The notes under the pieces are model-generated. The model saw only the letters and a list, made by a program, of their open reading frames with translations. It made no database searches and was not told the origin of the DNA. From Fonticula alba ATCC 38817 (taxonomy: Eukaryota; Protista; Nucleariida): a stretch of DNA of 64,000 bases. Made by a program: the position numbers and the translations under genes. This document shows, piece by piece, positions 33,166 through 47,394 of the stretch. The DNA lies in NCBI GenBank assembly GCA_000388065.2, contig KB932204.1. One strand, 5' to 3'. Position 1 is the first letter of the stretch. Each line of letters opens with the position of its first letter.

Positions 33166-34885
33166 TTAGCGGGAGAGGACGATACCGTCGAACTGCGGGA
33201 GAGAGAGAGAGAACCACCGGCCGGGCAAGAGGGGGAGAAAAGGAAAGGCGAGAGGGGGCACAAACAGACACAAGCCGGAAAAGAGAGTCAGTGGCGGGGC
33301 GCGGCAAATAGAGGGGGATGTGCTCGCGCACATATGCGAGCACACGCAGAGGAGAGAGAGAGAGAGAGGGAGGGAGGGAGAGCCATGACGCACGGTCTTC
33401 TGGAACCACTGGATGGTCTCCTCCTTGGAGATGCGCTGGGGAGCACCAACACGGGACTTGCAGCGGCGGCGCTGGGCGACGCGGAAGCCGGGGCGGTTCA
33501 TGACGACGTAGAAGTCCAGACCGTAAATACCGGTGGAGGGGTCGTACTTGATACCGAGATCGATGTGCTCATCGATACCGAAACCGAAGTTGCCGGTGTC
33601 ACAGAAGTTGACCTTGCGGAGCTCGTACTCCTTGACCTTGAGGCCCTTCTCGAGGAGCTCAGCGGCCTTGGGGCCACGGACGGTAACCCAGCAGGAGATC
33701 TTCTCGTTACGGCGGATGTTGAACTGGCGGACGGTGTAGCGAGCGCGAGAGAACATGGGGGTCTGACCGGTAAGCTGCTCGAGGACCTTGGCGGCACGAG
33801 TCAGACGATCACCAGACTCACCAACACAGATGTTAAGGCAGAGCTTGGCGATGCGCAGGTCGCGCATCTTGTTAGCAACAGCAGTCTCGGCCTGGGAGGA
33901 AGGAAGGGACATGATTCGGCCGGGGAGAGGGGGGAAGAGAGAGAGAGAGGGAGGATGAACGGGAGAGGTGTCAGCGGCCAAGAAGCGCGAGAATCCGAAG
34001 ATGCAGACAGGCGGGCGGAGGATATGCTGGGGAGGTCGGGAATCGACAAGAGTGCAGGGGGGGACGGGCTTAAATACGCCCCACAGGGGGAGTGGGCACA
34101 TCGGATGCACGACAAAGAGCCGTGCATCCGACAGGAACCTCCTTTCCCCGGAAGGGCGTAGATACGACCGTGCCAGAAGTCGGCAGTCCCACCGGCGCAG
34201 AGAAGAGAGAGAGAGGGACAGAGGGAGGGGATGGAGCACGATAGGGGCGGCGCATGCACACGGGCACGGGGTGCTTCGTTCCGCGGGCCCGCGCACGCGC
34301 GCGCGCACACACACACACACGCTTGCATACGCGCCCCGCGCCACTCGACCCCCCGCCTGTGCATGTGCCAGGGCCTCACACACTGCCCTCGCCGGGGCGG
34401 GGAAGAGGGGACCTGGCGCATGGCGCCAGAAGACCAGGGGCACAGAGGCATGGGGACAGCAGGCGGGAGACACGGCAACGAGCCCGCGCGGATGTGCGCG
34501 CGCGCGCGCGCGACGGAAGACGGGGCAAAACGGGAGATAGATGCCAGGGTCTTCGTCACGCCACGAGGAAAAGAGAGGAGCAGCCCACGCAGCATGCGGC
34601 GGCGGCGGCGACGGCGGCGGCGTCTCCGCAAGGCGCGCACAAGCACGAGGGCCGCCCCTCCGCGAGACCTATCGAGTCCAAGTCCGTTTCCCTCGCTCTT
34701 CCGTGCATCGAGAGGAGGGGTGTATATGCGAATCCGAGAAGGAAGGCACGACAGGAGGGAGGGAGGGATGGCAAAGCGCGCGCGCGCGCGCGAGCAAGAA
34801 GGAGGTGGCGCGAGGGGAAGGGGGGGAGTGGCGAAGAAAGGGGGGGGAGGCGGGCGGTCGAGAATCAAGAAGGGGATTGTACCAT
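33166..34885 (-). CDS. RPL11: 60S ribosomal protein L11 (uL5), 175 aa. Exons 34885-34883 (ATG only), 33891-33394, 33192-33166
   Basis: Clear uL5 sequence: [37 protein letters not shown]...[29 protein letters not shown]...FDGIVL. The ATG|GT first exon is inferred from a pyrimidine-rich leader followed by ATG|GTAC. Confidence 0.95.
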
Positions 34886-37736
34886 CTTGACGTTCGCTTC
34901 GGGATTTGAACAAAAAAAGACAAAAAACCAAGCGGAGAGGCTGGCCAATGGGGTGACCGGGCGCCGGAGTGAGCCAAAAATATCCCCCTCCCCTGGCGCG
35001 ACCCGTCATGCCAGTAAACGCCGCGCATCGGGGGAGCGAGCGTGTGTGCACACTCCGGGGACAAGCAGTCCCCCCTCCCCCTGTGTGGCCGGCGCGCCCG
35101 TACGCCCCCCCGTCCCCCGTCCCCCGGTCCCCCTCGCGACAACCAACATCTGGACAAAGGTGCTGCGGGCGAGGGGAGGGATGACTCCGGCAGAGGATGC
35201 ACGCATCAGCCTCAGGGTCGGGGCAACGGGACAGCCAGCCCGGGGGGGGGGGTGAGAGAATTCCGCACCACACCGCCGCAGCCTCACCCCCCCCCCCCCC
35301 CCCCGATGCTTTCTCCACCGCCCTACCCCCACGGCAGCATGCAAACAAGCGAAGCTGGAGAGGAACGGGGACACACCTTGGCCGGCCTGGTGCACCCACC
35401 AGGATCCGGGTCGCCAGCCTTGGAACGAGGAGCGCAGCCTTTGGTGAGGCAGCAACTCTCCCGCTGCCCCGGCCCCCCTCCCCACCCTGCTTGGGCCAGG
35501 TGGAGGGAGGGGGTCGACCCGGACATCGGGTTTGTTGTTTGATGGAAAAGCGGGTCGCCCAGCCCCCACGTACCCCGATTCCCCTCGGTGCGTGCGGCGT
35601 GTACGCCGGACACGCATATCGCGGCACCGGATATGCGCGCCAGGGGGCCCAGACACTCGTCCACTCAGTGCTCCGCGAGGGTCCGGTCCGCGGCCATCAA
35701 GCTCCTTCTGGAGCGCCCCACGCACCCGCCCCCTCTTCGAACACCCTGCGATAGCCCTCCCCTCCAAGGGGGAGGTCGCCAAGGGTATACGCTCTCAGGC
35801 AGAGCAGAATAGGGGGATCTGACTCGGAGAAGGACAGAGAAAGCCCCCACGAACCGTGCTTTCGTGGCCCGGTGCCAAGTATGGCGGCCCGAACCAGGGG
35901 CCCCATGATGTACACACAGGGCCGAAGTGAGCATAAGCAGGACGCCGCATCTGGTCTCCTTTCCCCCGGCCTCACTCTCCCCCTGGTGTGTACGGCATCC
36001 GACGGCCATGGAGCACGTCGGTAGGGAGGGGAACAAGAAGTCAACCCTAAACCTCCCAACCCCCGAGCTGGCCCCGTGCCGCCCAACACAAACACCATAA
36101 TCAGCACACATGAGTGGGGTGTGATCCAGAAATAATATATCCTCGCTTGTTATTTCGATTTTCCCGGCTCCAAGCGGCGAGCGCCAGTTTTTGGCTCCGC
36201 GGAGGGGGGAGCGGAAGCCTGGCCTGGGTGCCTGCCGGGTGCCAGCCGGATAGGCCGCACCTCTGCCGTGGATTCCCCTTTGGCCGGCGGACGGCCATGG
36301 ATGTGTGTTGCAGGCCAGAGATCCTGGAGCCCATGGTCTGGAGACAATCCGCTTCTCCGGATCCGTCTTCGGAGCTCTCCCCCGGCCAGGCGCCAGTTGC
36401 CGTGTCTCGGGGTGCTTGGGGGGGGGGGGGGGGGTGACTTAAGGCTGCGGGAGCACCGGGATTCGTCGGTTAGCACCCGGTCCTCCACGTTCGGGTTGGG
36501 GAGGCGTGCCCGGAGCGAGCCGAGTGGCGGACCCGGCCTCCGGTCACGCAACCCACTCTCCGGGCCTGCCCCCTCTCGGTGACTGCCCCGAACAAAGCAG
36601 CCCACGCTCCAGGTGCAGCGGGGGGGGGGGGGGGGGCGAACCCCGCCGGCATACAGGCCCCAGATCCCGACAGGGGTCGGCGGGCGGCGGGCCGGAGGGC
36701 GATCCCCTGCCCCCCCCCCTGGCAATCCCCGGTAATTTTTTGGGTGTGGCCGGCGAACGGCAGGCTGCGATCGGCTCTCCCAAAGCAGGGCGCGCACAAC
36801 ACCCCAGCCGCGGAGGGGGCGCCTCTTCGGGAAAAGGGGGCCGCGAGAGAACATGAGTGATCTCAAGCGGCTTTCGTGCCCCCGCCGTGGTATCCCTGTG
36901 GGCGGATGTTTATTTTCTTTTCCCCAGTCCCCTCTATGCCCAGCTGGCAGCTCGCCCTCCCGTTTCCCGAGTCGGGCGAGGGAGCGGGGGGGGGGGGGGG
37001 CCATACGTTGGGGGCCTTGCGATTCTCGCCGACTCTGGAGGCCCTGCCCTCCCGAGGGTGCTGTGTTGCGGGTGCCGGCCACGGGTTGCTGGAAACTTGC
37101 ATTCCCTGTTGGGCCGGGTGGGGCGCGGGCGAGGACAAGGCCGAGGGGTTCGAAGGGGACCTCCTTGGCGCGGGCACCAGGGCAACCTGACCTCTGGCGA
37201 CTCCCTGGGCGGCTCTCCGGTGGCCGCCGCGCGATCGTTGTCCGGGCGCCATCGTGGCCCCGGTGTGACTTCCACCCCTCCACCCCATCCGCTCTCATTT
37301 CCGGGCGTCCATCCCCCGGGAGCGTGTCTGACACCGTTGGGGCCGGGTCTGGGTCGGCGTCTCCCCCCCCCCCCCCCCCCCGCCCTTCTCTCTCGCTCCC
37401 CCTGGTCACAGGTCTTGGCCCCCTCAGGCTGGGTGGCGGCGGTCGCAACTCCCTGCCTCGCTCTCCCTCGAGATGGTGGGGGTGACGGGGGGCGGAGCCG
37501 AACATGCGATCGCCCGTGTGGTGGTGGCCCAATGGCCTTCTTTTATCATAGTGACCCTTTCGACGGCGCCTGGCCCACCCCACCAGCGGCCTCCTCCTTC
37601 CCTTCCCTCCCCTACCCCCCCCCTTTCACCTCCCTCTCAGATATCCGCATACGCCCTCCTGTCCTCCCTCCTCCGCTGAGTCCATCCACACGTGCACGCA
37701 CACGCACGCGCGCGTTCCCCCACCCACGCCGCGGCC

Positions 37737-40700
37737 ATGTCCTTCTTTGGCTCGAGCAAGAAGCCCGAGACCCCGGTCCGCAAGGTGACCGTCCTCACCA
37801 CTGGCGGCCACATTGACGGTACATGCCCCTCTTCCCTTTCATGCCCTCCCTGCCGCCAGGTCCCCATTCCGACAACCTCCCTCTCATACACACACACACA
37901 CACACACACGCACGCACACATATACGCGCCTACTCTTTCCCTCCCCCTGCCTTGCTTACTCACGTCCCACTGGCACAGGACTCGTCTCCACCCTGGTGGC
38001 CAAGCTGAATGATCGCGACAATGCTGCCCGCGACTCGATCAAGCGCTCGCTGATGGACATTGGCCAGCGCCACCCGGACCTGGTTCTCTCGGTCTCGGCC
38101 AGTTACCTGACCAACAACTCCGGCGTGCGTCCCCACCCCGCCCTGCCCCTCGGTCCCTCTGCTCTGTAGGTTGGTCACCTCCATTAACATGTGTCCTTTA
38201 TGCTGCACCGCCTTGCCCCTCCCCCTCTCCCATGTTCGCAGGCCTCGACCTCGCACCGGATCGCCCTGCTCACGATCATGCAATCGCTGATCGAATCCCA
38301 CCACGATCGTGTCACCAACTCCCTGACGCATGACCTGGCCAGCCTGGCCTTCAGCGAGATGACCGCCACCGACGTGCGTGCTTTTTTCTTCCACATACAG
38401 CATGCGGGCAAATATTGCAAAATTTCACACGCATTTGCCTTCACGCTGCTTGTCCTCCTGATTCTGATCACCCCATTCGCCCATTCCCCCCCCCCCCCCC
38501 CTGCCCCCCCTTCACATGTTCCGCCTCCTGTTCCGCGATCGTCTCACATCGTAGGAGATCAAAGCCGACTGGCAGAACACCGCCTGCGGGCTCCTCGTGT
38601 CGCTTGGTATCTTCCAGGCTCCCTTTGTGTTGCAGTCGCTGCTGGATCGCATGCCGCACGGCCAGCTGCCGCACTACTTCGTCATCAAGGCCCTCGGTGA
38701 CCTTGCCGTCGCCAACCCCCTGTTCATGGTTCCCCATCTGAAGGAGATCTTTGGCAAGTTGGTGGCCCTGCTGAACCTCATTAAGCATGACAACATCCGC
38801 TGGGTGTTCACCTCCAGTGCGCTCCTCCTCTCTCCTCTCTCCTCTCTCTCTCTCTGTCTCCCATCCCCGCTCACTGTGTGCCGAGAGACACCTTCTGAGA
38901 CACCTTCCGAGACACCTGCTCATCACGACCGACTAATCCCCTCGCGCTTCCCCCTCCCACCCTCCCAGCTATTGGCCACTTCTGCGAGGCCATTCACCGC
39001 TTCCGGGCCGAGGCCGATCCGGCTACCTTCCAGGCTGCCGGCATTGATCGATCCACCTTCGCCGGTGATGTGTACACCAGCTTCGACATGTTTTTCGGCC
39101 AGTGGCTTGGCCGCAGCGAGCCCTCGGTACGTGGTCCATCCTGCTTGGCAGGGAGCTGCCCCTTTCCCAGCCACCGGGGAGTCACGGTGTTTGCCTGTTG
39201 CTCTGCCTCTTCGGCGGATTTCAACCGTCATCTCATGCCTGCATTTTTCCCTTCCCCTGCTCTGTAGCTTCGCCTAGCCGTCATCGAGGCCGTCGGCCAT
39301 CTGTCCCAGTCGATGGATCGCGAGCAGTTCGAGGCCAATCTGCCGCGGATTGTTTCCGGCATTTTGCAGCTCTACCGCAAGGAGAAGTTCCTGCTGCCCA
39401 TCACCCATGGCCTGGTGCAGGTGTTGGAGGTGGCCACCGCCGGTGGGTCGCGCTCGCTCGACCAGCAAATCCCCCAGCTGATGCAGACCATGCACGGGCT
39501 CATCTGCGCGCCGGAGCTCCAGCCCTCGGTCAACCCGGCGCTGATGCGCAATTTCAGCGAGATGCTCCGGTGCTGGGAGATCATGGCCAACACATTCACC
39601 GACGAGGTGCTCTTCTTCCTGTTGCAGCGCTTCGTCGACTCGCGCGACGAGCGCATTCGCGTGGGGACCCTGCTTATCCTCAAGCATCTGGTCAATGCCT
39701 GTGACGGGGTCATGCAGGCTCGTCGGGCGGTGGTGGTCAGTGGCCTGCGGCCCCTCTTGCCGGAAACCAGCTACAAGGTTCGCCGCGCCTTTGCCCAGGT
39801 CATTGTCACCATGGCCTCGCACAATTACCTCTCGCTCGAGGGTGGCCAGCTGCTGGTGGAGTTCATCGTCCGGCAATGCTCCATCTCCGAGGCCGATGAG
39901 CAGGCCTACACCAAGGCCCTGGCCAGCAACAAGGCCATGCAGGCCGATCCGGACCCCGTGACGCCGGCCATGCTGCGCAGCATGTGCGAGAACATCCTGT
40001 CGCTGCTGACCACCACCATCTCCAACATGGAGGGGGTCCTGTGGCCGTACCTCTTTGAGATGCTCACCCCGGTGGGCTACTACCCGGCGGCCAGTGTTGT
40101 TGCTCGGTCGCTGTCTCTGATTGCCGAGCGCAAGCGCGGCGCCGGTGACTCGGACGATGTCGATGCCGATGACGACCAGGCCAATGACGCGGCCGATGGC
40201 GAGGAGGAGAAGGACGCTGCGCGCGGCCCCTGCCCGGAGTACATGATCGACTTTGATGAGCTGCTGAACCTCCCGCGGCCGCATGCCATCATTGCTCGGC
40301 TGCTGGTCCTGGCTTCGCAGCCACATGCCCAGCGCCAGCTTGGTGACAACATTTTGGCCTTCCTGCGCGCGGCCGGGCCCATTTTCCACCCTTCCCTGGC
40401 ATACCTGTGGGACGAGGTGATCCCGCGGCTGCGCGTGCGCCTGCAGGAGCGTTCGGAGAACATGGCCCAGTGGAGTGCCTCCCGCTGGGAGGACATGATC
40501 CTGCGCTTGCTGACTCGCACGCTGGGGGTGGTGGATGATGATGAGTGGCTGGTCGAGCTGGGCGAGGCCTTCTGTTCCCAGGTGACCCTGTACAGTGGCG
40601 ACTCCGCCATCATGCGCCAGTATCGGGCCATGCTCTTCAAGCTGGTCGGTGCGCTGACCGAGAAGTCCACCAAGAAGGCCTATGTGCGCGAGCGTCTGGA

Positions 40701-43700
40701 CGTCCTGCTGGACATGGCGCAGCACAGTGTCGAGGAGGACCGCGAGGGCCTGGCAGCCGGTTTTGGCCATTGCGCCGCGGCACACCTGGATCTGGTTCTG
40801 GACAAGCTGCAGGACACCCTGCAGAATATGATCCTCGACAAGAAGGGCGGCAGCGGCGGTGGCGGCTTCTTCTCCTTCTTCGGCGGCAGCAATGACGATG
40901 ACAAGGCCACCGGCGCCCGGGCCGCTGACCCGGAGCTCCTTAAGTGCACGGTGGCCCTGTGCTTCGGCAAGGCGGCCCTCCATGCGGACCGGGTGCTGAT
41001 CAAGAGTCGCCTGGATGTGGCCATCATCGGTCACCTGTTGCCGCTCTTCCCCACGGCCAAGCGGGCTGTGGTCAAGGAGAGCCTCGTTCAGGCGGTGGAT
41101 CTCCTGGCACGGGCCATGCACGTGGATCACATTGGCCCGGGGTACCTGTGCTCCAAGCGTCGGGATCTGGTTGTGGCCCTGACGGGATTTGTGCGGTCCG
41201 CTCCGCTGGCGCCGCCTGCCAAGCCGGTCCGGGTGCCGGAGTCTTCGGACGCGGTGCTGGTGTCCTCGCTGCTGGCCATCGCCAACCTCCTGCAGCTTGA
41301 CCCGCCGCTGCCGGCCCAGGAGGAGCAGGACCTCCTGACTGCTGTGCTGGATGTGGTCATCCGTCTGCGTCCGGGAACCTCGGCTCCGGCGCTCGAGCAT
41401 CTGGATGCCGTTCTCGAGGGTGTGGACCTGATCTTCCAGGCGCTGGTGCGCAAGACGCCGACGCTGGTGCAGCTGGATCGTCTGATCGCCTACCTGAAGC
41501 CGTACCTGACGTCGGCCGAGTTGGAGTCCCGTCAGCGGGCCATTCGTCTGCTGGGCACCCTGCTGCTGTCTTTCACCGATGTGGTGGATGCACTGCTGGA
41601 GGAGGCCGAGGCCGAGGCCGAGGAGAATGGCGGCAGTGCCTCCTTCGAGCTGTCGACCACCGACAAGGATCGTGTGGCGCTGGTCGGCATCCTGGCGGTA
41701 CTCATTTCCCGCTGCGCCGACCCGAGCCTGGAGATCCGCCTGACGGCCAATGAGTGCATCAGCAAGCTCTTCGAGATCCGAAGCCTGTGTGCCGGGCTTG
41801 ACAATAGCCAGCTCATCCAGCGGATCATTGACATCGGTGATAGTGTGGGTTCTGACGACTCGGCCACGCAGTTCGAGGCGATCCATGGCCTCGCGCGCGT
41901 CATTGCGCCGGAGGTATGTTCGTGTGGGGGCACGCGCGCGCGCGCGCGCGCACATGGGCTTGCCCCCGCCCCTTTGGGCATTTCTTTCTTCCCCCCTCTT
42001 GCTTCATTTATTCCCTTCACCTTTTGGCGCCTCTGACGTGCGTGTGCTGACCATCCGCATGGCCCTTTTGCCTTGTTCCCCCTCTGCCCCGTGGTATGGC
42101 AGCTCACTGCCGTGGAGCTGTTCCCCTTCATCAAGGGCCTTCTCGATGGTCTGGTGGATTGCGAGCCGAATGCCGCCAGTGGTGTGTGCCTGGTCTTGAA
42201 TGGTGTCCTGCGCCTGCGCGGAGCCCAGGTGGCTGAGCATGTTGCGACCATCTTTGCTGGCATCACTTCTGCCCTGCGCGAGCTGTATGAGCTGGAGGCG
42301 CGCAGCCAGCCCGGGTCGCCGGGATCCGGCAAGGTGCCGGTCGTCGCCCCGGCCGGCGGGGCCAACCACCAGACCACCATCTCCGGAACACTGCACGCGC
42401 TGCGTACTCTGACTGCGCATCACCTGGTCCCGGTGGCGGACTGCTTCCTAACCCAGGCGGAGCTTCCCCACCCGGCACATGTCAACCGGGCGCTGCAGTC
42501 GCTGGCCAAGGATGGCAAGCTGAATGGCCTGCTGATGCGGCATTACTTGGATGTGCTGCTGACTTCGCAGCCATACAAGGAGAAGCCGCTCAAGAGCAGC
42601 GGCATCAACATGAAGTTCGAGCGGGAGGCTACCCATGCTCCGGCTTCGGCGACCCTGCTTTTGCGGACCATGTTTGAGGCCCGCGGTCGGGAGATTCGCG
42701 CGGTGTCGCGCGAGCAGGCGGCCCCCCTGGTGGCTGGGCTGCTCATTCGCATTGGGTCTACCATGGACCTGGTGCAGGGGAGCTGCTTCGGCCGCGACCT
42801 GAACGCGGATACCATCAATGCTCTGGTGGCTCTGTTCGAGTGTCTGCGCGATTCGGTGCTGGATTCCGAAGAGGCCGAGGAGGATCCCGCGGTGCAGGTC
42901 CTTCGCGTGGTGGCCGAGGTTCGCGACTCCCTGGGGTCCAAGGATGTGGCCGTGTACACGGAGGCCCTGACGGCCATTGCTCGGACGCTGTTCCTGGCGT
43001 ACGCCACGAGCCCGCTGCCGGAGGACAATGATCTGGTGGCGCAGCTGGCTCGGGAATTCGCGCCCTTCCTCTCGCGCAATTTCGACCTCCAGCGCATCGC
43101 CGCGTCGGCCATCTTTGCGGCCTTCATCGGGGTGTGCCATGATGGGGCCTCTGCCGGGGGCTCGGTCGCCGGGGCCAGCTCGGCCACCATTGACATGGAC
43201 GGCTCGGGCGCCAGTGAGGCTGGTCTGGCGGCGGCTGCCAAGGCGGCCAAGGCTGCCAAGGCGGCGGCTGCTGCCTCGGCCGCGGCGGCTGCCTCCGGCG
43301 GACCTTCGCCCATGGATGAGCTGCTCGGGGTCCTGATCAATGCGCTACTGGCCCGGCAGGCGGATCACCATCCCAGTGTGCGTGTCCTGGTCCTTCGTGG
43401 CCTGGGCAATGTGGCGGAATGCGGCGCGCGCAGTGTCAACACCTATGCCACGACCCTGCTGTCGGCCCTGCTGGCTGGTCTGGACGACCCGGTCAAGCAG
43501 ACCACCTCCAGCATGAGCAGCTCCGAGAAGAAGGAGGCCGAGGAGGCCGGGCTACTGATGACCATGAGCGCCATGGAGGGCCTGCGGCAGGTGCTGTCCG
43601 TGGTGGACTCCACCTACTTCATTCCCATGCTGGTGAATGTGTGCAACCGGCTGCGGCCCTTCTTCGAGAATCCGACGGACCACGTGCGGGCCGCGTCCAT

Positions 43701-44435
43701 CGAGCTGTTCGGTGTACTCGGACGCTTTGGTGCCGAGGATAGCCTCTGCTGCAGCATCTTCCTGGCGCAGATCCACATGAACATGATGGCCATGTATCTG
43801 CACCTGAGCGATGAGAGTCCGGAGGTGGTTGCGGCCACCAAGCGCACTCTTGTGAAGTTTGCCCCGCTGCTGCCGGCCGCACCGGTGACCGAGTTCTTCG
43901 AGGCGGCCCTGGATGAGTCGAAGCCGCTGCAGGTGGGCGAGTTCACCCACAAGTTCACCTCGCTGCTGGTACGTCAAAAGAGAGCCAGTCCCTGGGCGGG
44001 GGGTTTGCTTGTGTCATTCGACACATGTTCCCATTGGGCGGGCGCCATCATGTTTGCCTTTTTTTTTCCTCCCCCTCTTTCTTTCACTCTCCGTCTTCTA
44101 ACCAGGGCCTTCTTCCGTGCAACCCCCCCCCCCCTCCCCCTCCCCCACGCACACCATGTACGCTCGTGTCTCAGATCAAGCACTTCCCCACCCACATCAA
44201 CTCCTACTTGAACGACATCACAAACGCCATGCGCAGCAAGTGGGCCTGGCAGCGCGCTCATGCGGCTCTGTTTGCCGGGTACCTGCTGGGGCAGCTGGCC
44301 ACCTTCTCGGCGGACCTGCGCGCCGGGATCAGTGTCGACCATGTTTGCACTGCGCTGGACCACCTGATGAAGGACGATTCGGCTCCGGTCCGTGCCAAGT
44401 GCGCTGAGGCCATCTCCCTGCTTTATGAGTATTGA
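37737..44435 (+). CDS. MROH1: Maestro heat-like repeat protein (MROH1/HEATR7A-like), ~1850 aa. Exons 37737-37818, 37979-38124, 38242-38373, 38555-38816, 38969-39126, 39268-41913, 42103-43968, 44175-44435
   Basis: All-helical HEAT protein with MROH-family motifs: DWQNTACGLLVSLG, LPHYFVIKALGDLA, RLAVIEAVGHL, ERIRVGTLLILKHLVN, SYKVRRAFAQVIVTMASHNYL, LWPYLFEML, LPRPHAIIARLLV. The seven phase-consistent introns give 5553 nt of exon. Confidence 0.85.
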
Positions 44436-45066
44436 GGGATGTGCCATGTGGCGCATTTTTCCGTGCACCCAGTGCCCATGCGAGGGCGGGGGGCCACGCA
44501 TTTCCTCTCCCCTCCCTCCATATTTTCGTGTCCATCCTCCCGTCATGGGGTCCCGCGACCTTCATGTTTGCGCGTTCCCCCCACACCCAAATACACCTTG
44601 TGACCTACCGGAAACATGTGTGGCCACCCACTGGGCAGCCTCCTCGCGCCCACAAAGCAGGAAGTCCCCAGAGGGATGGCAAAGCTGTGAACAAGACGAG
44701 CAAGATTGGTCTTTGTATTACACCATGGCGATGGAGGGGGAGAGAGACATGCGTGAGGGCGCGGTGGAACTACTCGCGCTGGCGCGGCTCCCTCCTTCGT
44801 CCAAGCACCACCCGGGCAGCAGGGGGGGGGGGGGGGGGATGAAGTTGAGGCCAAGTAGCATTGTCGCGCATGGCCATGTGCTTTCCTCCTTTCTGGTGTA
44901 CTCCGCCAGGGAGTGCACCCGCTGGCCGGCCGGCCGGCCTGAAGAGGGGGGGGGGGGGTTGAGGGCGGGGCATCTACTTCACAAGTACAGGGAGGGGGAA
45001 TCGGCTTTGTTTTTTTTTTGCTTGTTTTTTTTCTCCCCTCAAAAGAGGAGAGAGGCCAACATCCGA

Positions 45067-45934
45067 TCAGTAGCCATCGTCCCCGAGGTCGCGCGAGCGG
45101 AAGATCGAGCTACGCAGGGCATCGCTGGCGGTGGCACCGCCGCGAGTCGACGACCGGGGAGCCTCCTCCATGTCACTCTCAACGGCACGGGCCTGCTTCA
45201 GCATCCACTCCATCTCATCGACAGTGCGGTTGAGGCCACCGAGGGCCGCGGCACCGACCCACTGGCGGATGGGCTTACCACTGAGGTAGACCATGAGGGT
45301 GGGGCACCGGTCGTCCGGGTAGCCCGGCACCAGGAGAGACCCAATGCCACGGACGAACTTGGTGGCCGGGAACTTCTGAGCCAGCTGAACCAGGTGAGCC
45401 GAGGCCAGGCGACAGGCGGTGGATCCCTGGGCCGTGGTCATCAGCACGACCACCGGCACCCCGGCCGGGGCGTTGGTCACCTCGTTGACGTAGTCCGTCT
45501 GGGAGATGTCTTGGATGGACCCGTAGCGCGAACGCTGGGCGAGCTCACGCATCTCGGCGATGCGCTTCTGACTGTGAAGGAGGGTGATCGATGGGGAAAG
45601 GGCAAATGTGCATGGATGCATCCGTGTCAATAGAGGTGGTGTGGAGCTGGATCCGTGTGCGTGTGCATGTGTTTTTCGCATGGCGTGCGACATCTACGCA
45701 CCGGAACTCCATCAGGAGAGTCTCCTCAAAGTCATCCTCGACCTCATCCAGCTCATCGAGATTCATGCGCTCCAGACGGGCGGTACCGTCAGCGTGGCGG
45801 GCAATGGTGTGGTCCAGGAGCGCCTCGATGGCGTCCTCGGAAACCTCGAGCTCACCAGCCGAACGCTTGGGGGGGATGATGCCACGCGCACGGAGGATGT
45901 CATTGAACTCGGTGTCCTCGTCGTGGTTGTTCAT
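45067..45934 (-). CDS. PDCL3: Phosducin-like protein 2/3 (CCT co-chaperone), 245 aa. Exons 45934-45702 and 45571-45067
   Basis: Motifs EDTEFNDILRARGIIPPK, R|QKRIAEM, YVNEVTNA, LAQKFPATKFV, YPDDRCPTLMVY. Confidence 0.9.
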
Positions 45935-47394
45935 GATGACCTGGGGGGGGGGGGGAAGGTTGGGTGTGCTTCTTCTTTCTCGGTCTTCTCGAGATGACGG
46001 NNNNNNNNNNNNNNNNNNNNNNNNNNNNNNNNNNNNNNNNNNNNNNNNNNNNNNNNNNNNNNNNNNNGGGGGGGGGGGGGGGGGGAGAAGTCAGAGCAAT
46101 TGGCGCTGGCTGTGTCCGAGAAGAAGGTGCACGGCCGCAATGGACCTGCTCGGGGCCCGGTGCGATTTCACCGGGGGGGGGGGGATCCGTTTGCCGGTCG
46201 CGCACCCGTGTATGATCCCTCCGCCCGAGGCGGGAAGCACTCATGCCCCCGAGGAGGGGGTGTTTCGGCAGGCCTGCTCGTGGTTCAGACCAACAACAGG
46301 GGCTCCGGCATCCGTCTGCAGTTGGTCCAAAGCCACGACGCTCTCCCCTTTGCCTTCAGCGGAGACAAGGGGAAAACCCCGCCCGGACTCTCTCCCAGCC
46401 CCCGCCTCCGCCCCCCTGCCTCGGAGTCATGGGCGTGCTCCGGTCGCAGCGTGCACCCAACGGCACAACGGGAGATGGGGACCCGGAAGGAAGGAAGGAG
46501 AACATCCAGGACCAGCCCCGAGGACTGGCCAATCTCGTTGATCTCTCTTCGGAGAATGCAATGGTGTTTTGTGTTTGGAATTCGACCCAACATAGCTGCA
46601 TTCCACAGCGTAGCCCGGCGCTTGTCGGTGCCCCCTCGCTCGCTGGGCCGAAGATGCCCCCTTTTGTGTGGCGCCTTTTTCTACGGTCACACACAATACC
46701 CACGCACATGGCATGGCCCCTCCCCTCCTACGCGCCCTGCTATGTGGTCTGAGGTGCGGAGCAGGCAGAAGGGGGGTAGCCTCATCGGGAGGTCGGGACC
46801 GAGGACCAAGATCCGGGTCCGATTGGTGACCTCTCGCGCCAAAACAAACAGCAGGATCCGTGCGCAGCGCACTGGTCGCGCTGCTCCTCCCCTCCAGGGT
46901 CAGGGCTTGCGATTGCGACTGCACCTAGCATCGCCTCGCCTCGCCTCGCCTCCCCACTGGCACCCCTTGCGCGCTGTCTCGCCGTCTCCTGGTCGGGATA
47001 TGTTCAGGTATATTTTTGGGGGAAGAGAAAAGTGGCGCACGGCTAGGGGAGAGCGCACAGTAGACTGGCACTGCGCGCTGCGGCCGACGTGTAGCATGTG
47101 GATCTGGGCACGCAGTGGGACAACAGGGGGCAGAGCTTCACTTGAGCGACGCGACGACAACATATGCACCAAACAGAAGTCCCGATATGTGCGTACGTAT
47201 GTACGTGCGCGCGCGCGCGTGTGTGTGTGTGTGTGTGTGGTTTGGTGGGGAAAGGGGGAAGGAAAAGGCAAGGGGCTGCCAAGGAGGGATCCTCCCCCGC
47301 GCCGCTGCTACCTTCCTGATGTGTGTGTGTGGGGGGGGGGGAGGGCATATGCACGTGCGCGGGATGACACGCGAGGAGGGGTATAGTCGGCTAA

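Noticed and set aside
34895-34915. GTTCAAATCC (tRNA T-loop or B-box-like) on the minus strand upstream of RPL11
   Set aside because: No cloverleaf can be built. The context is a T-rich promoter or 5' UTR.
36040-36056. CAACCCTAA, resembling a telomerase RNA template
   Set aside because: The match is short and imperfect, and I could not identify a supporting pseudoknot or other telomerase RNA element.
36730-36775. Sm-site-like AATTTTTTG followed by a weak stem
   Set aside because: No U5 loop I, U4, U2 or U11 elements were found upstream. A lone Sm-like motif is expected by chance.
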